Source of the DNA: Promethearchaeati archaeon SRVP18_Atabeyarchaeia-1
GTDB lineage: Archaea; Asgardarchaeota; Atabeyarchaeia; Atabeyarchaeales; Atabeyarchaeaceae
Assembly (NCBI GenBank): GCA_037308085.1
Contig: CP147779.1
Span: 1,856,001 to 1,920,000, forward strand
Direction of reading: 5' to 3'
DNA length: 64,000 nucleotides
Part shown: piece by piece, positions 20,507 through 30,733 of the stretch
Numbering within the stretch: position 1 is the stretch's first letter
Layout of the letters: every line of letters starts with the position of its first letter
Notes under the pieces: model-generated
The model's database searches: none
What the model was told of the DNA's origin: nothing
What the model saw: only the letters and a program-made list of their open reading frames with translations
Translations under genes and position numbers: made by a program

Positions 20507-22780
20507 CTATTGCAGCTGTATCTCGTGTCTTTCTAGCCTTCCACTTGAGGCAGCCTTCTTTCCGTCCACATAGATGTTTAGTCCTTCCTCGTATCTCTCA
20601 GTGTTCTTGGCTGCCCAGGTTACCCCTATAACATGCCCCTGGTACCTCACTCTTTCTATGGAAAAGCTCCGAAGATTAAATGGAAGTGGATCGACTACGA
20701 GCAATTTCTGTTCCTCATCCATAGGTCTGATGCCGCAGACGTACTTTATTATCAAGTCGACAACCCAAGAGTGCTGGTAGTCGTCGACTCCTCTGTAGTC
20801 GCATGGACCGCCTGTTATTGGGTTGTAGTGCTCGTAGCAGTTGGGGCGGTTAACATCGTCATTGAAGAACATCATCCTGATGTACCTAGAAATGAAATCG
20901 GCTGCGGTTGCCCTCAAATCTCTGTCGCCAAGGTTCTCCCCGGCATGGACTAGCGCTTCAGCTATATGGCTATTCGTCATGGGCCACACGCGCCCATTCC
21001 ACGGGCACATCATTCGCTTTCCCTTCCATTCCGCGTCGGGGCTGAAGTATTCGTTATCCATGCTCAACGTCGCCACGGGGAACGGCGTCCAGAACTCCTT
21101 CTTGTTAAGCAAATGCTGCCTGATTGCTGGGAGGTGATCAGGCGAGGCGATGTCACAAATAAAGGGGTAGAATCCTATTGCAGCCTTCACCTTTGTTTTC
21201 CAGTGGTCGCTAGGTCTCACATCGTAGAACATATTGTCTTCCTTGTCCCACATAGTTGATCGAACGGACCCCCTACACGCCGCGGCACCATTCGCGAAAG
21301 TCTTAGCTTCATCATTCCTGCCCAGCTTGGCTGCTATGGAAGCTAGGGCGTTGTACAGCTCGTAGATATAGACTGTTGCGTCAACGCCCTCCAAGGGCTC
21401 CTGAAGAGGCTTGTCCTTGTCAGCCTCAGCATCTACGAAGAGATACCTTGGATTCATCTCTTGACCAGATTCGTATTGATCTATGATATCGTATAGGTAG
21501 TCCTCGTCCGAGTCTCTTTCGCTCTTGAAGTAGTTCAAGTACTTTCTAAGCGGCTCGTAGATCTGCTCTAGGAAGGATTTGTCCGGATGAACCTTGTCAA
21601 GTTCTCGCACTGCCCTACCCCAATTAGCGTGATAGAACGTGTTGTCCCTCACGTCGCTGAAGCCAACAATGCCAGGAAGAAAACCGTTGGGCTTCTGATG
21701 GCTAAAGAGATCCATTATGCATCCCCGTGCGAGAACTGGGTCAGACATCCACCTCGTCTCCAGCACGTGGCACTGAGCAGAATAGGAGATATGCTTCCTG
21801 AAAACCCTCAGTCCCTCATAGACGCAGGGATGCGTGTGATTCCCGTAACCACCCTCGACACTCATGAGATGTAGTCCATACCACCTATACCAGTAGTATT
21901 TCTCAAGGTACGGATCCGAACAGTGAAACTCTGGGACGAGTGAGAAGAAACTCCTCCAAGATTCCTCGCTCGAGTCTGGCTGCTTGGCTCCGACCTCTTT
22001 CTCGAGTCTGTTAACTGATTCGTCCTCCCTAGTGGCAAAAGAAGCACTGAAGCTAAAGGTGAGTATCCCCCCGGAATTCAGTTTAAGGGGGTAATGGAGT
22101 CCGATGTAAAGTAGTCCGTAGGGGTCAGTTCCAACTTGACGCTTGACTTCGTCTTTGAATAGACCGCCCCAGATCTTGTCAGCGAATGGGGTCAACTCCC
22201 ATCTTGGCTTGTTCTCAGAGCCTTGTGAGAGGTTCACGGTGAATGACGAGAAATCTTGCTTGGAACCGATAACCTGCACTATGTTGGGGTTCTTCCGTGC
22301 AATGGCGAGAAACCTCCTGCCAAGAGGCTTTGCGTCTAGGACAGTTGCGGAGGGATAGGCGACCCAAGCTACCAGATGCAGAAAACGTGGGGCTGGCGAC
22401 TCGGCTCCCTGTTCGCCGACCGCGATCTGCAGAGTGGATGTCAGAGCATTATTCGGCGTCACGGTCTTATGCTCGATGACCTCTATCCCCCTATCGGAGA
22501 AGAACCGCTGCCTAAAGTATGCAGGAGTCCAGAAAAGGCTTGACTGGTCATGCTGCAGCCTTATGGGTTTGAGATCCTCATCAAGTATGTTGACCGTAAA
22601 TACTGGTTCCACCTTGATGTCAAAGTAGTCGGCGTAGTCATAGAACCCAGGAACATCAAGATACTCAGGAAACGACGGCGCGTACACCAAGCCGACCCCA
22701 TTTCCTAGAAACCACTTGTCGCCTCTACGTGAAAGAAAGGAAAGCGGGTCAAAACCAACTGTCATAGTTGCCAACCCCAT
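20507..22780 (-). CDS. GH63/MGH1-like (alpha/alpha)6 glycoside hydrolase
   Basis: YESGQE, WNGRVWP, YEHYNP.TG. Confidence 0.8.
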   Translation of the reverse strand: MGLATMTVGFDPLSFLSRRGDKWFLGNGVGLVYAPSFPEYLDVPGFYDYADYFDIKVEPVFTVNILDEDLKPIRLQHDQSSLFWTPAYFRQRFFSDRGIEVIEHKTVTPNNALTSTLQIAVGEQGAESPAPRFLHLVAWVAYPSATVLDAKPLGRRFLAIARKNPNIVQVIGSKQDFSSFTVNLSQGSENKPRWELTPFADKIWGGLFKDEVKRQVGTDPYGLLYIGLHYPLKLNSGGILTFSFSASFATREDESVNRLEKEVGAKQPDSSEESWRSFFSLVPEFHCSDPYLEKYYWYRWYGLHLMSVEGGYGNHTHPCVYEGLRVFRKHISYSAQCHVLETRWMSDPVLARGCIMDLFSHQKPNGFLPGIVGFSDVRDNTFYHANWGRAVRELDKVHPDKSFLEQIYEPLRKYLNYFKSERDSDEDYLYDIIDQYESGQEMNPRYLFVDAEADKDKPLQEPLEGVDATVYIYELYNALASIAAKLGRNDEAKTFANGAAACRGSVRSTMWDKEDNMFYDVRPSDHWKTKVKAAIGFYPFICDIASPDHLPAIRQHLLNKKEFWTPFPVATLSMDNEYFSPDAEWKGKRMMCPWNGRVWPMTNSHIAEALVHAGENLGDRDLRATAADFISRYIRMMFFNDDVNRPNCYEHYNPITGGPCDYRGVDDYQHSWVVDLIIKYVCGIRPMDEEQKLLVVDPLPFNLRSFSIERVRYQGHVIGVTWAAKNTERYEEGLNIYVDGKKAASSGRLERHEIQLQ

Positions 22781-22830
22781 TCCTGAAATAGCGTAGGCTC
22801 GCTACTGGAAATTCCCACGCTCTTCGGTTA

Positions 22831-23037
22831 GTGAGCTACCAACCCCTTTAAGGGCGTTGGCTTCCTGGTTCACGGACCAAGCTTGCCTTGGCGTGTCGGG
22901 CACCGTTGAGGTACCCAGGGCGCCGGGGTAGCGGCTTCGATCTCCGCAGGCGTAGATTCGGCACGCACCGTACCTACTGCCCAGGCAGAGGCATGTTCCT
23001 CTATTTAAACCCGCCATTCACACCCTAAAAGGTCACG
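22831..23037 (-). mobile_element. ORF-less IS605-type mini element / stand-alone TnpB omega-RNA scaffold
   Basis: Minus strand reads: left-end remnant, TTTAAATA box, then gtacggtgcgtgccgaatctacgcctgcggagat...caggaagccaacgcccttaaaggggttggtagctcac, a typical right end. Confidence 0.75.
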
Positions 23038-23203
23038 CTATATTAAGTCCGAGTAAAGCCAATTTGACACTAATAGAGCTAACTGATATGCAAAAATATT
23101 TATTTGCAGGACTAGTTTGTAGGCTACTTACCGATGGGCCGCAGAAGAATGGTGTGACCCGGGCGAGGAAGACGCTATTTGAAGATGAGTAGAAGGTGAT
23201 TAG

Positions 23204-24529
23204 TTGACTGAACCTAAAGGAGCTGCTATGAAGGATAAGAAGGGCGGAGACGTAGCGATCCAATGGCATGGATTCTACCGGGGAAAAGTGGGTACTCAGA
23301 TCAAGGTTCCGATAACCTCACTTAACGATTTTTCGTACTGGTACACGCCGTACGTGGCTGATGTCTGTCGGGCGATCCAGGCAGACGACCACCGACAATA
23401 CGAGTTAACCAATAAGTCGAACTTGGTTGCCGTGGTCACCGATGGCACGCGGATCCTCGGGCTTGGGGACATTGGCCCCAAGGCAGGCATGCCAGTCATG
23501 GAAGGTAAAGCGCTGATCTTCAAGTACCTTGGAGACGTCGACGCTTTCCCAATATGCCTCGGCACAAAAGACGCGGATCATATAGTCCAGGCAGTGAAAT
23601 GGATAGCGCCAACCTTCGGAGGCATAAACTTGGAGGACATAGACTCGCCCAAGTGCTTCAAGGTCCTTAAAGAGCTAACCAGGCAGCTTGACATATTCGT
23701 CTGGCACGACGACCAGCAAGGAACTGCGACTGTGATCCTCGCGGGGCTCATTAACGCACTAAAAGTAGCGGGGAAGAAGATAGGTGAGATTCAGACCACG
23801 GTAATTGGCGCAGGTGCAGCTGGCATCCCAACAGCAAGACTCCTGATCGAAGCTGGGGCGAGGCGGGAAGATGTAATCATGGTCGACAGCAAGGGGATCC
23901 TCTATGATGGCAGACCAGATATGGACGACTGGAAAGCTGGGATCGCGCGGATAACTAACGGCGACCGAAAAACCGGGGAAATAGAGGAGGCTTTGGAAGG
24001 CTCTGACGTCGTCATAGCAATATCGAAGCCGGGCCCAGGCGTCGTAACGAAGGAGATGGTGAAGTCGATGGCTAGCAACTCGATAGTATTCGCACTGGCA
24101 AACCCAACGCCAGAGATACTTCCCACCGATGCCAAAGAGGCCGGAGCCAAAGTCGTGGCAACAGGCAGATCCGACTTCCCGAATCAAGTCAACAACAGCT
24201 TAGGGTTCCCCGCGATTTTGAGGGGCGCACTGGACGTCCACGCAAAGGCCATAAACACGGAAATGATGATAGAGGCTGCCACTGAGGTCGCGAAGTTCGC
24301 TGAAGAGAAGGGGATCAGCGAGGACTACATAGTTCCCCGGATGACGGAGCTCGAAATGTACCCAAGAGAAGCAGCGGCAATCGTGCGCGCAGCGATCAGA
24401 ACAGGGGCCGCGCGGGTAAAAGTCGATCCAAAGCAGGTGCAGGAAGACATGCTGAAAAGGATAATGGCCAACAAGAAGATCAACGAACTACTGATGAAAG
24501 AAGGCTTCATCAAACCATTCCCACGATAG
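23204..24529 (+). CDS. mae: Malic enzyme (NAD(P)-dependent)
   Basis: YTPYVA, VTDGTRILGLG, MEGKA, NLEDI, HDDQQGT, ATGRSDFPNQVNN. Confidence 0.95.
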   Translation: MTEPKGAAMKDKKGGDVAIQWHGFYRGKVGTQIKVPITSLNDFSYWYTPYVADVCRAIQADDHRQYELTNKSNLVAVVTDGTRILGLGDIGPKAGMPVMEGKALIFKYLGDVDAFPICLGTKDADHIVQAVKWIAPTFGGINLEDIDSPKCFKVLKELTRQLDIFVWHDDQQGTATVILAGLINALKVAGKKIGEIQTTVIGAGAAGIPTARLLIEAGARREDVIMVDSKGILYDGRPDMDDWKAGIARITNGDRKTGEIEEALEGSDVVIAISKPGPGVVTKEMVKSMASNSIVFALANPTPEILPTDAKEAGAKVVATGRSDFPNQVNNSLGFPAILRGALDVHAKAINTEMMIEAATEVAKFAEEKGISEDYIVPRMTELEMYPREAAAIVRAAIRTGAARVKVDPKQVQEDMLKRIMANKKINELLMKEGFIKPFPR

Positions 24530-24837
24530 CCACTGCATAGTGGCATTCATGTGGGCGCCGTCAGCATTCCTCTTATCTCTTCGACATTCCCGATATCGGC
24601 ACAACATTGTCAGTGCACTAGAGGTTGGTTCGGACACGAAATGAGAAGGATGAGGAGAAGCATTGAAAATGCAAATCGTTCTTCCTCAAGGTGATACTCT
24701 ATTCTCCCCCTTTTTCCGCTGCAGAATAGAAAGGCTTTTTTGTAGGAGATTTAGAACTATGACTGTGTTTCAAGCTCAAAAGGGGAATGTCTGGAGAAAT
24801 ACAGGTTGCAAGAAATAGCCTTGGAGAATGATGGGTT

Positions 24838-25884
24838 TTGAGAATACTCAAAATGGAGAAAGATGATCTAGACTGTTTTCTCATGGAGACTAGCTCGTTT
24901 GGTGAGCTCTGGGGCCCCACAAAGGAAAATGGAAGGTTCCTCTATGGAAAAATCGAGGATCGAAGCCGACTATACCTAGGCAACGAGATACCGATGATTC
25001 CTCCGAAGAAGCTTTTTCACCCACCGACTTTCGACATGTTTCGTTTCTCTGAGAAGGGCTTCGAGCCTAACTATGATTGGATTACGAACAGGGTTTTGTT
25101 CGGAATCCATCCGTGCGACATTCACGGGCTCTTGATCCTTGACAAGTTCTTTGGTGGGTACCCCGCAGCTGATCCATACTGGGCTAAGGCCAGAGAGAAG
25201 ACCGTCATTGTAGGTTACTCATGTATTCCGTGTGAGAGCTGCCTATGCAAGTCGACTAATACCGACATCGTTCATGAGGGCTTTGACTTATTCTTCACGG
25301 ATCTCAAGGACTACTACCTTGTTTGGGTGGGGTCGAGCATTGGAGACGACATGACGAGAGTCAGGCAAGACATATTCGATGAGAAGGTGGAAAAAGAGGA
25401 CATTAAGAAGTACTTCGAGTGGCGCAAAGAGAGGGACAGCTGCTTCGTGAAGGGCTTCGAATTCAAGAACCTGCCTGACATGATGGAGCTCAGCTATGGT
25501 AGCAACGTATGGGAAGGCTTTGGGGACAAATGCCTCTCGTGTGGGCAATGCACAATGGTTTGCCCAACGTGTAACTGCTATGACGCCTACGACCAGATAG
25601 ACTTGAGCCCCGAACTCAAGGGTACACGCCGTCGACAGTGGGACTCGTGTATGTTCTCCGACTATTCCCTCGTTGCGGGCGGGCACAACTTCAGAGGCAA
25701 GCGCTCAGAGCGCCTGAAGCTCTGGTACACGCACAAGTTAAGAGCATATGAGGCGGAATTCGGAAAGCCTGGGAGCCCGTCATGCGTGGGTTGCGGGCGA
25801 TGCATACAGACTTGTCCAGTTGACATAAACGTTTTGACTGTTTCTGATGCACTCTTGACAGGGGAGGTGCCAAAACAAAAATGA
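24838..25884 (+). CDS. hydB: Group 3b [NiFe] hydrogenase beta (Fe-S) subunit
   Basis: GIHPCD, CLSCGQCTMVCPTCNC, CVGCGRCIQTCP. Confidence 0.92.
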   Translation: MRILKMEKDDLDCFLMETSSFGELWGPTKENGRFLYGKIEDRSRLYLGNEIPMIPPKKLFHPPTFDMFRFSEKGFEPNYDWITNRVLFGIHPCDIHGLLILDKFFGGYPAADPYWAKAREKTVIVGYSCIPCESCLCKSTNTDIVHEGFDLFFTDLKDYYLVWVGSSIGDDMTRVRQDIFDEKVEKEDIKKYFEWRKERDSCFVKGFEFKNLPDMMELSYGSNVWEGFGDKCLSCGQCTMVCPTCNCYDAYDQIDLSPELKGTRRRQWDSCMFSDYSLVAGGHNFRGKRSERLKLWYTHKLRAYEAEFGKPGSPSCVGCGRCIQTCPVDINVLTVSDALLTGEVPKQK

Positions 25885-26738
25885 ACCGAAGCATTGAGAC
25901 CAAAACCGAGAGCCCTTACATCTCCGAGCCTTGCAAGATACTTCGGAGGACTGACCTTGCGGAAGGAGTGAGGCTATTCCAGATCCGGCCAATCAACGAA
26001 AACTCTACGCTAGCCGTTAACTATAGCCCCGGTCAGTTTGTGATGGTCTCGGTTCCAGGCATAGGCGAAGCACCAATCTCGATCTCCTCAACTCCCACAC
26101 GCCCCGGTACACTGGATTTGGGAATTAGGAATGTCGGAAGGTTGACCGAGGCCGTGTTGCAGCTGAAGGAGAAAGATACGATGTTTGTCAGAGGACCATA
26201 TGGTAACAACTTCAACATCTCAGCAATGGAGGGCAAGGATCTCCTTATAGTTGCAGGGGGAATCGGAATGATTCCACTCCGTTCAGTGCTACTCTTTTCA
26301 CTCGACAACAGAGAATTGTTCAAACGCGTAATTTTCCTGTATGGCGCCCGGACACCAGATGAAAGGCTCTTCAAGGCTGACTTGGACGAACTGAAAGAGC
26401 GAGGCGATGTCGAGTGTCACTACTCCGTCGACCGAGATCCTACTGGAAAGTGGCCTGGGAAAGTAGGTGTAGTAACCACGTTGTTCGCGGACCTGCAGGA
26501 TATCAACCCTGACAGCACATCAGTCGTAATTTGCGGTCCGCCGGTGATGTATACCTATGTCATTAGGGAACTGCTGAAAATCAAGATACCCAAGAACCAG
26601 ATACAAATGACCCTCGAAAGGAGGATGAAGTGTGGGATAGGGAAGTGCGGTCACTGTGCGGTAGACGAACTCTACGTGTGCAGAGATGGCCCCGTGTTCA
26701 CCTACTGGGATGTCATGCACTCCAGGGAGCTGATATAG
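25881..26738 (+). CDS. hydG: Group 3b hydrogenase gamma (FAD/NAD(P)) subunit
   Basis: PGQF, RGPYG, AGGIG, CGPPVM, RRMKCGIGKCGHC. Confidence 0.92.
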   Translation: MNRSIETKTESPYISEPCKILRRTDLAEGVRLFQIRPINENSTLAVNYSPGQFVMVSVPGIGEAPISISSTPTRPGTLDLGIRNVGRLTEAVLQLKEKDTMFVRGPYGNNFNISAMEGKDLLIVAGGIGMIPLRSVLLFSLDNRELFKRVIFLYGARTPDERLFKADLDELKERGDVECHYSVDRDPTGKWPGKVGVVTTLFADLQDINPDSTSVVICGPPVMYTYVIRELLKIKIPKNQIQMTLERRMKCGIGKCGHCAVDELYVCRDGPVFTYWDVMHSRELI

Positions 26739-26753
26739 AAGGAGGAAATACTC

Positions 26754-27557
26754 ATGGTAAAGAAAGAGCAAAGCGCAAAACCCAAGGTGGGAATATACGA
26801 ACTCACAGGATGTTCAGGTGAGCAGCTCATCTTTCTTCACAGCGAGGAGCTTCTGCTTGACCTTGTCAAACTGATCGATCTTAAGGTCTGGGTCATGGCA
26901 TCCAGCGGACCAGAGATAGATGATGTGGATGTTGCCCTAATCGAGGGCTCATGTAGCACAGAGCAAGATGCAGAACGCCTGAAAGAAATAAGGAGCCGCG
27001 CCAAGAAACTCGTGGCCATGGGCGACTGCGCCTGCTACGGTTGCATCCAGGCGCAATCCGCGGCTGACGGACAGTACCTAGAGAGACTGAAGCAAGTCTA
27101 CGGAGACTCGCCCATAGTGAAGATTAGAAAGCCAGTCGAGGCACAGCCAGTCGATGCCATTGTCAAGGTTGACTACTACCTGCCGGGATGCCCAATTAAC
27201 GCGAGACAGACCTTCGCCTTGGTTACGAGACTCGTAAGAGGATTCCAGCCTGAAAACTCGAGGTTCCCAGTCTGCATGGAATGCAGATTCAAGGATAACG
27301 ATTGCATGCTATACAACGGCAAATTCTGCCTGGGCCCGATCACTCTGACGGGCTGCGGCGCGGTTTGCCCCTCAATGAACCTGCCCTGCGTGGGCTGCTT
27401 TGGGCTCAACGAGGACGGTAATCTGGCGGCAGAGGTCAAAAAGCTGGAAGAGAACGGATACAAGAAGGAGGACATCATCAGGAGAATAAGGGTCTTCGGA
27501 GGGGCGAAAACTGCTAAGACCATACAGACAATGCTACAGGAGGGAGCCAAGAAGTGA
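26754..27557 (+). CDS. hydD: Group 3b hydrogenase small (delta) subunit
   Basis: GCSGE, GDCA, LPGCP, C-terminal Cys cluster. Confidence 0.92.
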   Translation: MVKKEQSAKPKVGIYELTGCSGEQLIFLHSEELLLDLVKLIDLKVWVMASSGPEIDDVDVALIEGSCSTEQDAERLKEIRSRAKKLVAMGDCACYGCIQAQSAADGQYLERLKQVYGDSPIVKIRKPVEAQPVDAIVKVDYYLPGCPINARQTFALVTRLVRGFQPENSRFPVCMECRFKDNDCMLYNGKFCLGPITLTGCGAVCPSMNLPCVGCFGLNEDGNLAAEVKKLEENGYKKEDIIRRIRVFGGAKTAKTIQTMLQEGAKK

Positions 27558-28873
27558 AGAGATCAAACGGAAATATCGAGATCGAGTACCTACCCAGAAT
27601 AGAGGGACATGGAGCTATCACCGTTGAATTGGACGAGAGCGGCGGCGTTGGAAATGTCAAAGTAGATATACCGGAAGCCCCACGCCTTTTCGAGGCCTTG
27701 GTCAGAGGTAAGACCCCAGATGAGGACCTGAACATGGTTCCTAGGGTATGCGGCATATGTTCATTCAGCCACAAATACGCGGGAATCCGCGCCTTCGAGA
27801 AAGCCCTAGGTGTCACCCCTTCAGAAAAAGCCATCGCGCTTAGAACACTACTCCACCTGTCCGAAACACTGCAAAGCAATGTCCTCCACGTCTTCTTCCT
27901 CTCCCTCCCAGATCTACTCGGCTACCCTAACGCCATAGAGATGGCGAGCGACTACAAGGACGCCGTGCTGGGCGCCATGAAGATGAAGGGCTTCGCCAAC
28001 AAGATCATGGAGATAGGCTCAGGTCGATTCGTCCACGGCGAGAACCCCGTAATAGGAGGCTTTGGAAGATACCCCACGGACCAAGAGCTGGCTCCTCTGA
28101 AGAGTATCTCCCAGGAGCTAATCCCACAAGCCGAGAAAGCAGCAGAAATGATCGGCGAAATGGAAATACCGGTATTCCCGGAGCGGGATACGACATTCAT
28201 GTGCCTCAACCCGCCGACGGGCGAATATGGTCTCGTCGGCGACAACGTCCTTATCTCCGACGGGAAAGAAATCCCAGTAGAGAACTACAAGCAGCTGACC
28301 AACGAGCGAGTCGTGTCACACTCATTCGCAAAGCGCTCCCGGTACAATGGAAAACCATTCACCGTCGGCGCAATCGCCAGAATCAATCTGCTGGGTGACC
28401 GCCTACAAGGAGTCGCCAAGAAGTACTACGAAAAGTACTACAGCGGACGGTGGAAGAAGAACCCGATGTTCAACATCCATGCCCAAGCGCTCGAAATCCT
28501 ATGGACCCTACAGGCAGTCTACCCCATCGTGGATGCGATTGCGGAGGCAGAAGAACCAGAAGAGCCTATTGCCAAGAGGACTAAAGCGACCGGCAAGGGA
28601 TCAGGCGCCGTCGAAGCTCCAAGAGGCATACTATACCACCACTACGAAGTGGAGAACGGACTCATCAAGAACTCAGACATCATCACTCCAACAGCGCAGA
28701 ACCTGGACGACATAGAGGAATTCATCAAGGTCACAGCAGCGAACCTAATTAGCAGTGGAGACAACGACGACATACAAGCCAAACTTGAGATGGTGGCGAG
28801 AGCCTTCGACCCATGCGTCAGCTGCTCGGTGCACCTCGTAAGAAAGCGGAGTGAAAAGCATCATCAACGATGA
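27554..28873 (+). CDS. hydA: Group 3b [NiFe] hydrogenase large subunit
   Basis: RIEGH, L1 RVCGIC, EAPRG, L2 DPCVSCSVH; all Cys codons, no Sec. Confidence 0.95.
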   Translation: MKRSNGNIEIEYLPRIEGHGAITVELDESGGVGNVKVDIPEAPRLFEALVRGKTPDEDLNMVPRVCGICSFSHKYAGIRAFEKALGVTPSEKAIALRTLLHLSETLQSNVLHVFFLSLPDLLGYPNAIEMASDYKDAVLGAMKMKGFANKIMEIGSGRFVHGENPVIGGFGRYPTDQELAPLKSISQELIPQAEKAAEMIGEMEIPVFPERDTTFMCLNPPTGEYGLVGDNVLISDGKEIPVENYKQLTNERVVSHSFAKRSRYNGKPFTVGAIARINLLGDRLQGVAKKYYEKYYSGRWKKNPMFNIHAQALEILWTLQAVYPIVDAIAEAEEPEEPIAKRTKATGKGSGAVEAPRGILYHHYEVENGLIKNSDIITPTAQNLDDIEEFIKVTAANLISSGDNDDIQAKLEMVARAFDPCVSCSVHLVRKRSEKHHQR

Positions 28874-28891
28874 TGAAACCATTCGTGAGAG

Positions 28892-28937
28892 AAGAAAAGT
28901 TGACGAATGACCCTCTGGGTCAAGTCAACGTTTTCTT
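28892..28937 (+). terminator. Stem-loop downstream of the hydrogenase operon with a GAA/A internal loop
   Basis: aagaaaa-gttgac-GAA-tgaccc-tct-gggtca-A-gtcaac-g-ttttctt. Confidence 0.55.
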
Positions 28938-29227
28938 TCCCATTCTTCCACATTATGCTTGAATGCCATAATTGGATCTATATTGAATAGAACTGTTCCT
29001 TTCTGTGGTGCCGACAGGCGGGGTGGGACATAAGTTGCCATACATACCTCTTCCTTCTCCAGTACTAGGCACATTTCTGTTGTTTGGTGGAATATTCCTG
29101 CTAATCCTTATGCTCGCATTTCGCAGTAGTTCTTTGGAGCATCTTCTTATCAACCTGGCAGCGATTGTCTTAGGAGTCCTGCAATCAGACTGAATTCCAT
29201 GGAGCTAGAGGAAGAAGGTGGACCGAC

Positions 29228-29929
29228 TTGAGAAATGCTATGATGGTTCCCCATTCAGAAGTTCCTCAGCTTGGTGAGACACGCGATGACAAACTTGCCC
29301 CTACTCTTGGTATCATTGTCCTTCTCATTCCCATCTTGTTTGGAATAATAGTGACCGTCATCGGGCTTGTGGGCTGGAGTCAGGGAGGGGATATCGGTTT
29401 CCAATTTGGTCTTTTGGTTATGATAGGTGCTCTGATTACTGTGTGCTCTCTCGGCGTGTTCGTTGGACCCATTCTCAGAATAAGGCGCACCCAGGAAAGA
29501 TACAGGCTTAACACAAGGCTTTACGAGGAGCAGAAGCCCCACATCAATGACCGGTACTGCGTATACTGCAACTACGATATCGGTATCTCCGGATCGAGAT
29601 TCTGCCCAAACTGCGGGGCGAGCCTAATAACGATAAGGGCAGGTACTGACATCGCCGCCATTCGAAGCAAGGTAGCAGTAAATGTGAGCCCGGTATCGGT
29701 CTCCGAGACCCTGGGAACCTGTCCAATCTGCAAATATGATATTCTGAGAAGCGACCCAGTTGCATCATGCCCCTACTGCGGGACCCTTGCTCACAGAGTT
29801 CACCTTCTGGAGTACTTGCATGTTAAGGGAGACTGTCCTTCCTGCGGAAAACGTTTGAGCGAAAAGGAAATCAAAGAGCACCTAGCAAGAGCGGAGACAC
29901 GAATAGGATCTAAGAAGAGAGTGGGTTGA
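29228..29929 (+). CDS. Two-TM plus zinc ribbon plus RING-like protein
   Basis: Two TMs; YCVYC/FCPNCG; CPIC...CPYC...HRVH...Y...CPSC. Confidence 0.8.
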   Translation: MRNAMMVPHSEVPQLGETRDDKLAPTLGIIVLLIPILFGIIVTVIGLVGWSQGGDIGFQFGLLVMIGALITVCSLGVFVGPILRIRRTQERYRLNTRLYEEQKPHINDRYCVYCNYDIGISGSRFCPNCGASLITIRAGTDIAAIRSKVAVNVSPVSVSETLGTCPICKYDILRSDPVASCPYCGTLAHRVHLLEYLHVKGDCPSCGKRLSEKEIKEHLARAETRIGSKKRVG

Positions 29930-30171
29930 CATGACCCCGAAAACATCTAGCCCTCAATGATCTGGCCTGCGGAGCACACCCAGCGTTGTGGGACATTGTG
30001 ATCGGGCTTGACGCTCTGGTGATCCTCTCCTCCCAGATTTATGAGTTACATCCGAACAGTTCTAGACCCCTTGTTTTCTCGCGGCATGAGACCACTCTGC
30101 TTATATATTGCAGTTGTCGGGATCATTATTGGGGATTACTTTCAGTGTGGGCAGTGAGCAGAGGCGAGGGC

Positions 30172-30546
30172 ATGCCATCAAGGCTAGATTTCCTGGAGCC
30201 TGATGAAAGGAAAAGGGAAAAGTGGGGATGGGGTCAAAAAGGGGGCGGAAGAAGTCTTGCGGCCTTGCTTGGGCTGTTTCTCATTGTCGGTGGTACTGTG
30301 TGGATGGTACTCTACTTCTTGACCATGGGGAACGATGCCGTGAAACCGTGGTTCATCATCGCATATCTCGGGTCGTACCCTTTCACGTCGTACCCTGCGT
30401 TGCTACCGTTTTATCCTGTAATGGGTATCAGCATGATAGTTTTTGGCTCGCTCTTGGTTGTGGGAGCTTACCGCCTCTCGGTCCGAGGAATAATCACCGT
30501 GGCGTCAATCACGACAGTAGGATTTGTGTTCTTGTACTTTGCCTAG
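30172..30546 (+). CDS. Small multi-pass membrane protein
   Basis: About three hydrophobic helices; ATG after GAGG. Confidence 0.55.
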   Translation: MPSRLDFLEPDERKREKWGWGQKGGGRSLAALLGLFLIVGGTVWMVLYFLTMGNDAVKPWFIIAYLGSYPFTSYPALLPFYPVMGISMIVFGSLLVVGAYRLSVRGIITVASITTVGFVFLYFA

Positions 30547-30733
30547 GAGATCTCCCACGGCAGCTATATCAGAATCCCAGCAGTCATCACTAGTTATCCT
30601 ACGGCTTCTCCCAATCTCTTCCTTGCCGTTTGGAATCCGCCCCTCGCGGAGCCTTGGCGGGCTTGGTGCTTTGACTGGAAAGCGGTGCCGCAGAAATCCA
30701 TCAAAAACAGGCAAAGCTAGGTTTGAGCGCACT

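Noticed and set aside
27554-28873. [NiFeSe] hydrogenase
   Set aside because: The L2 motif is encoded by TGC codons (DPCVSC).
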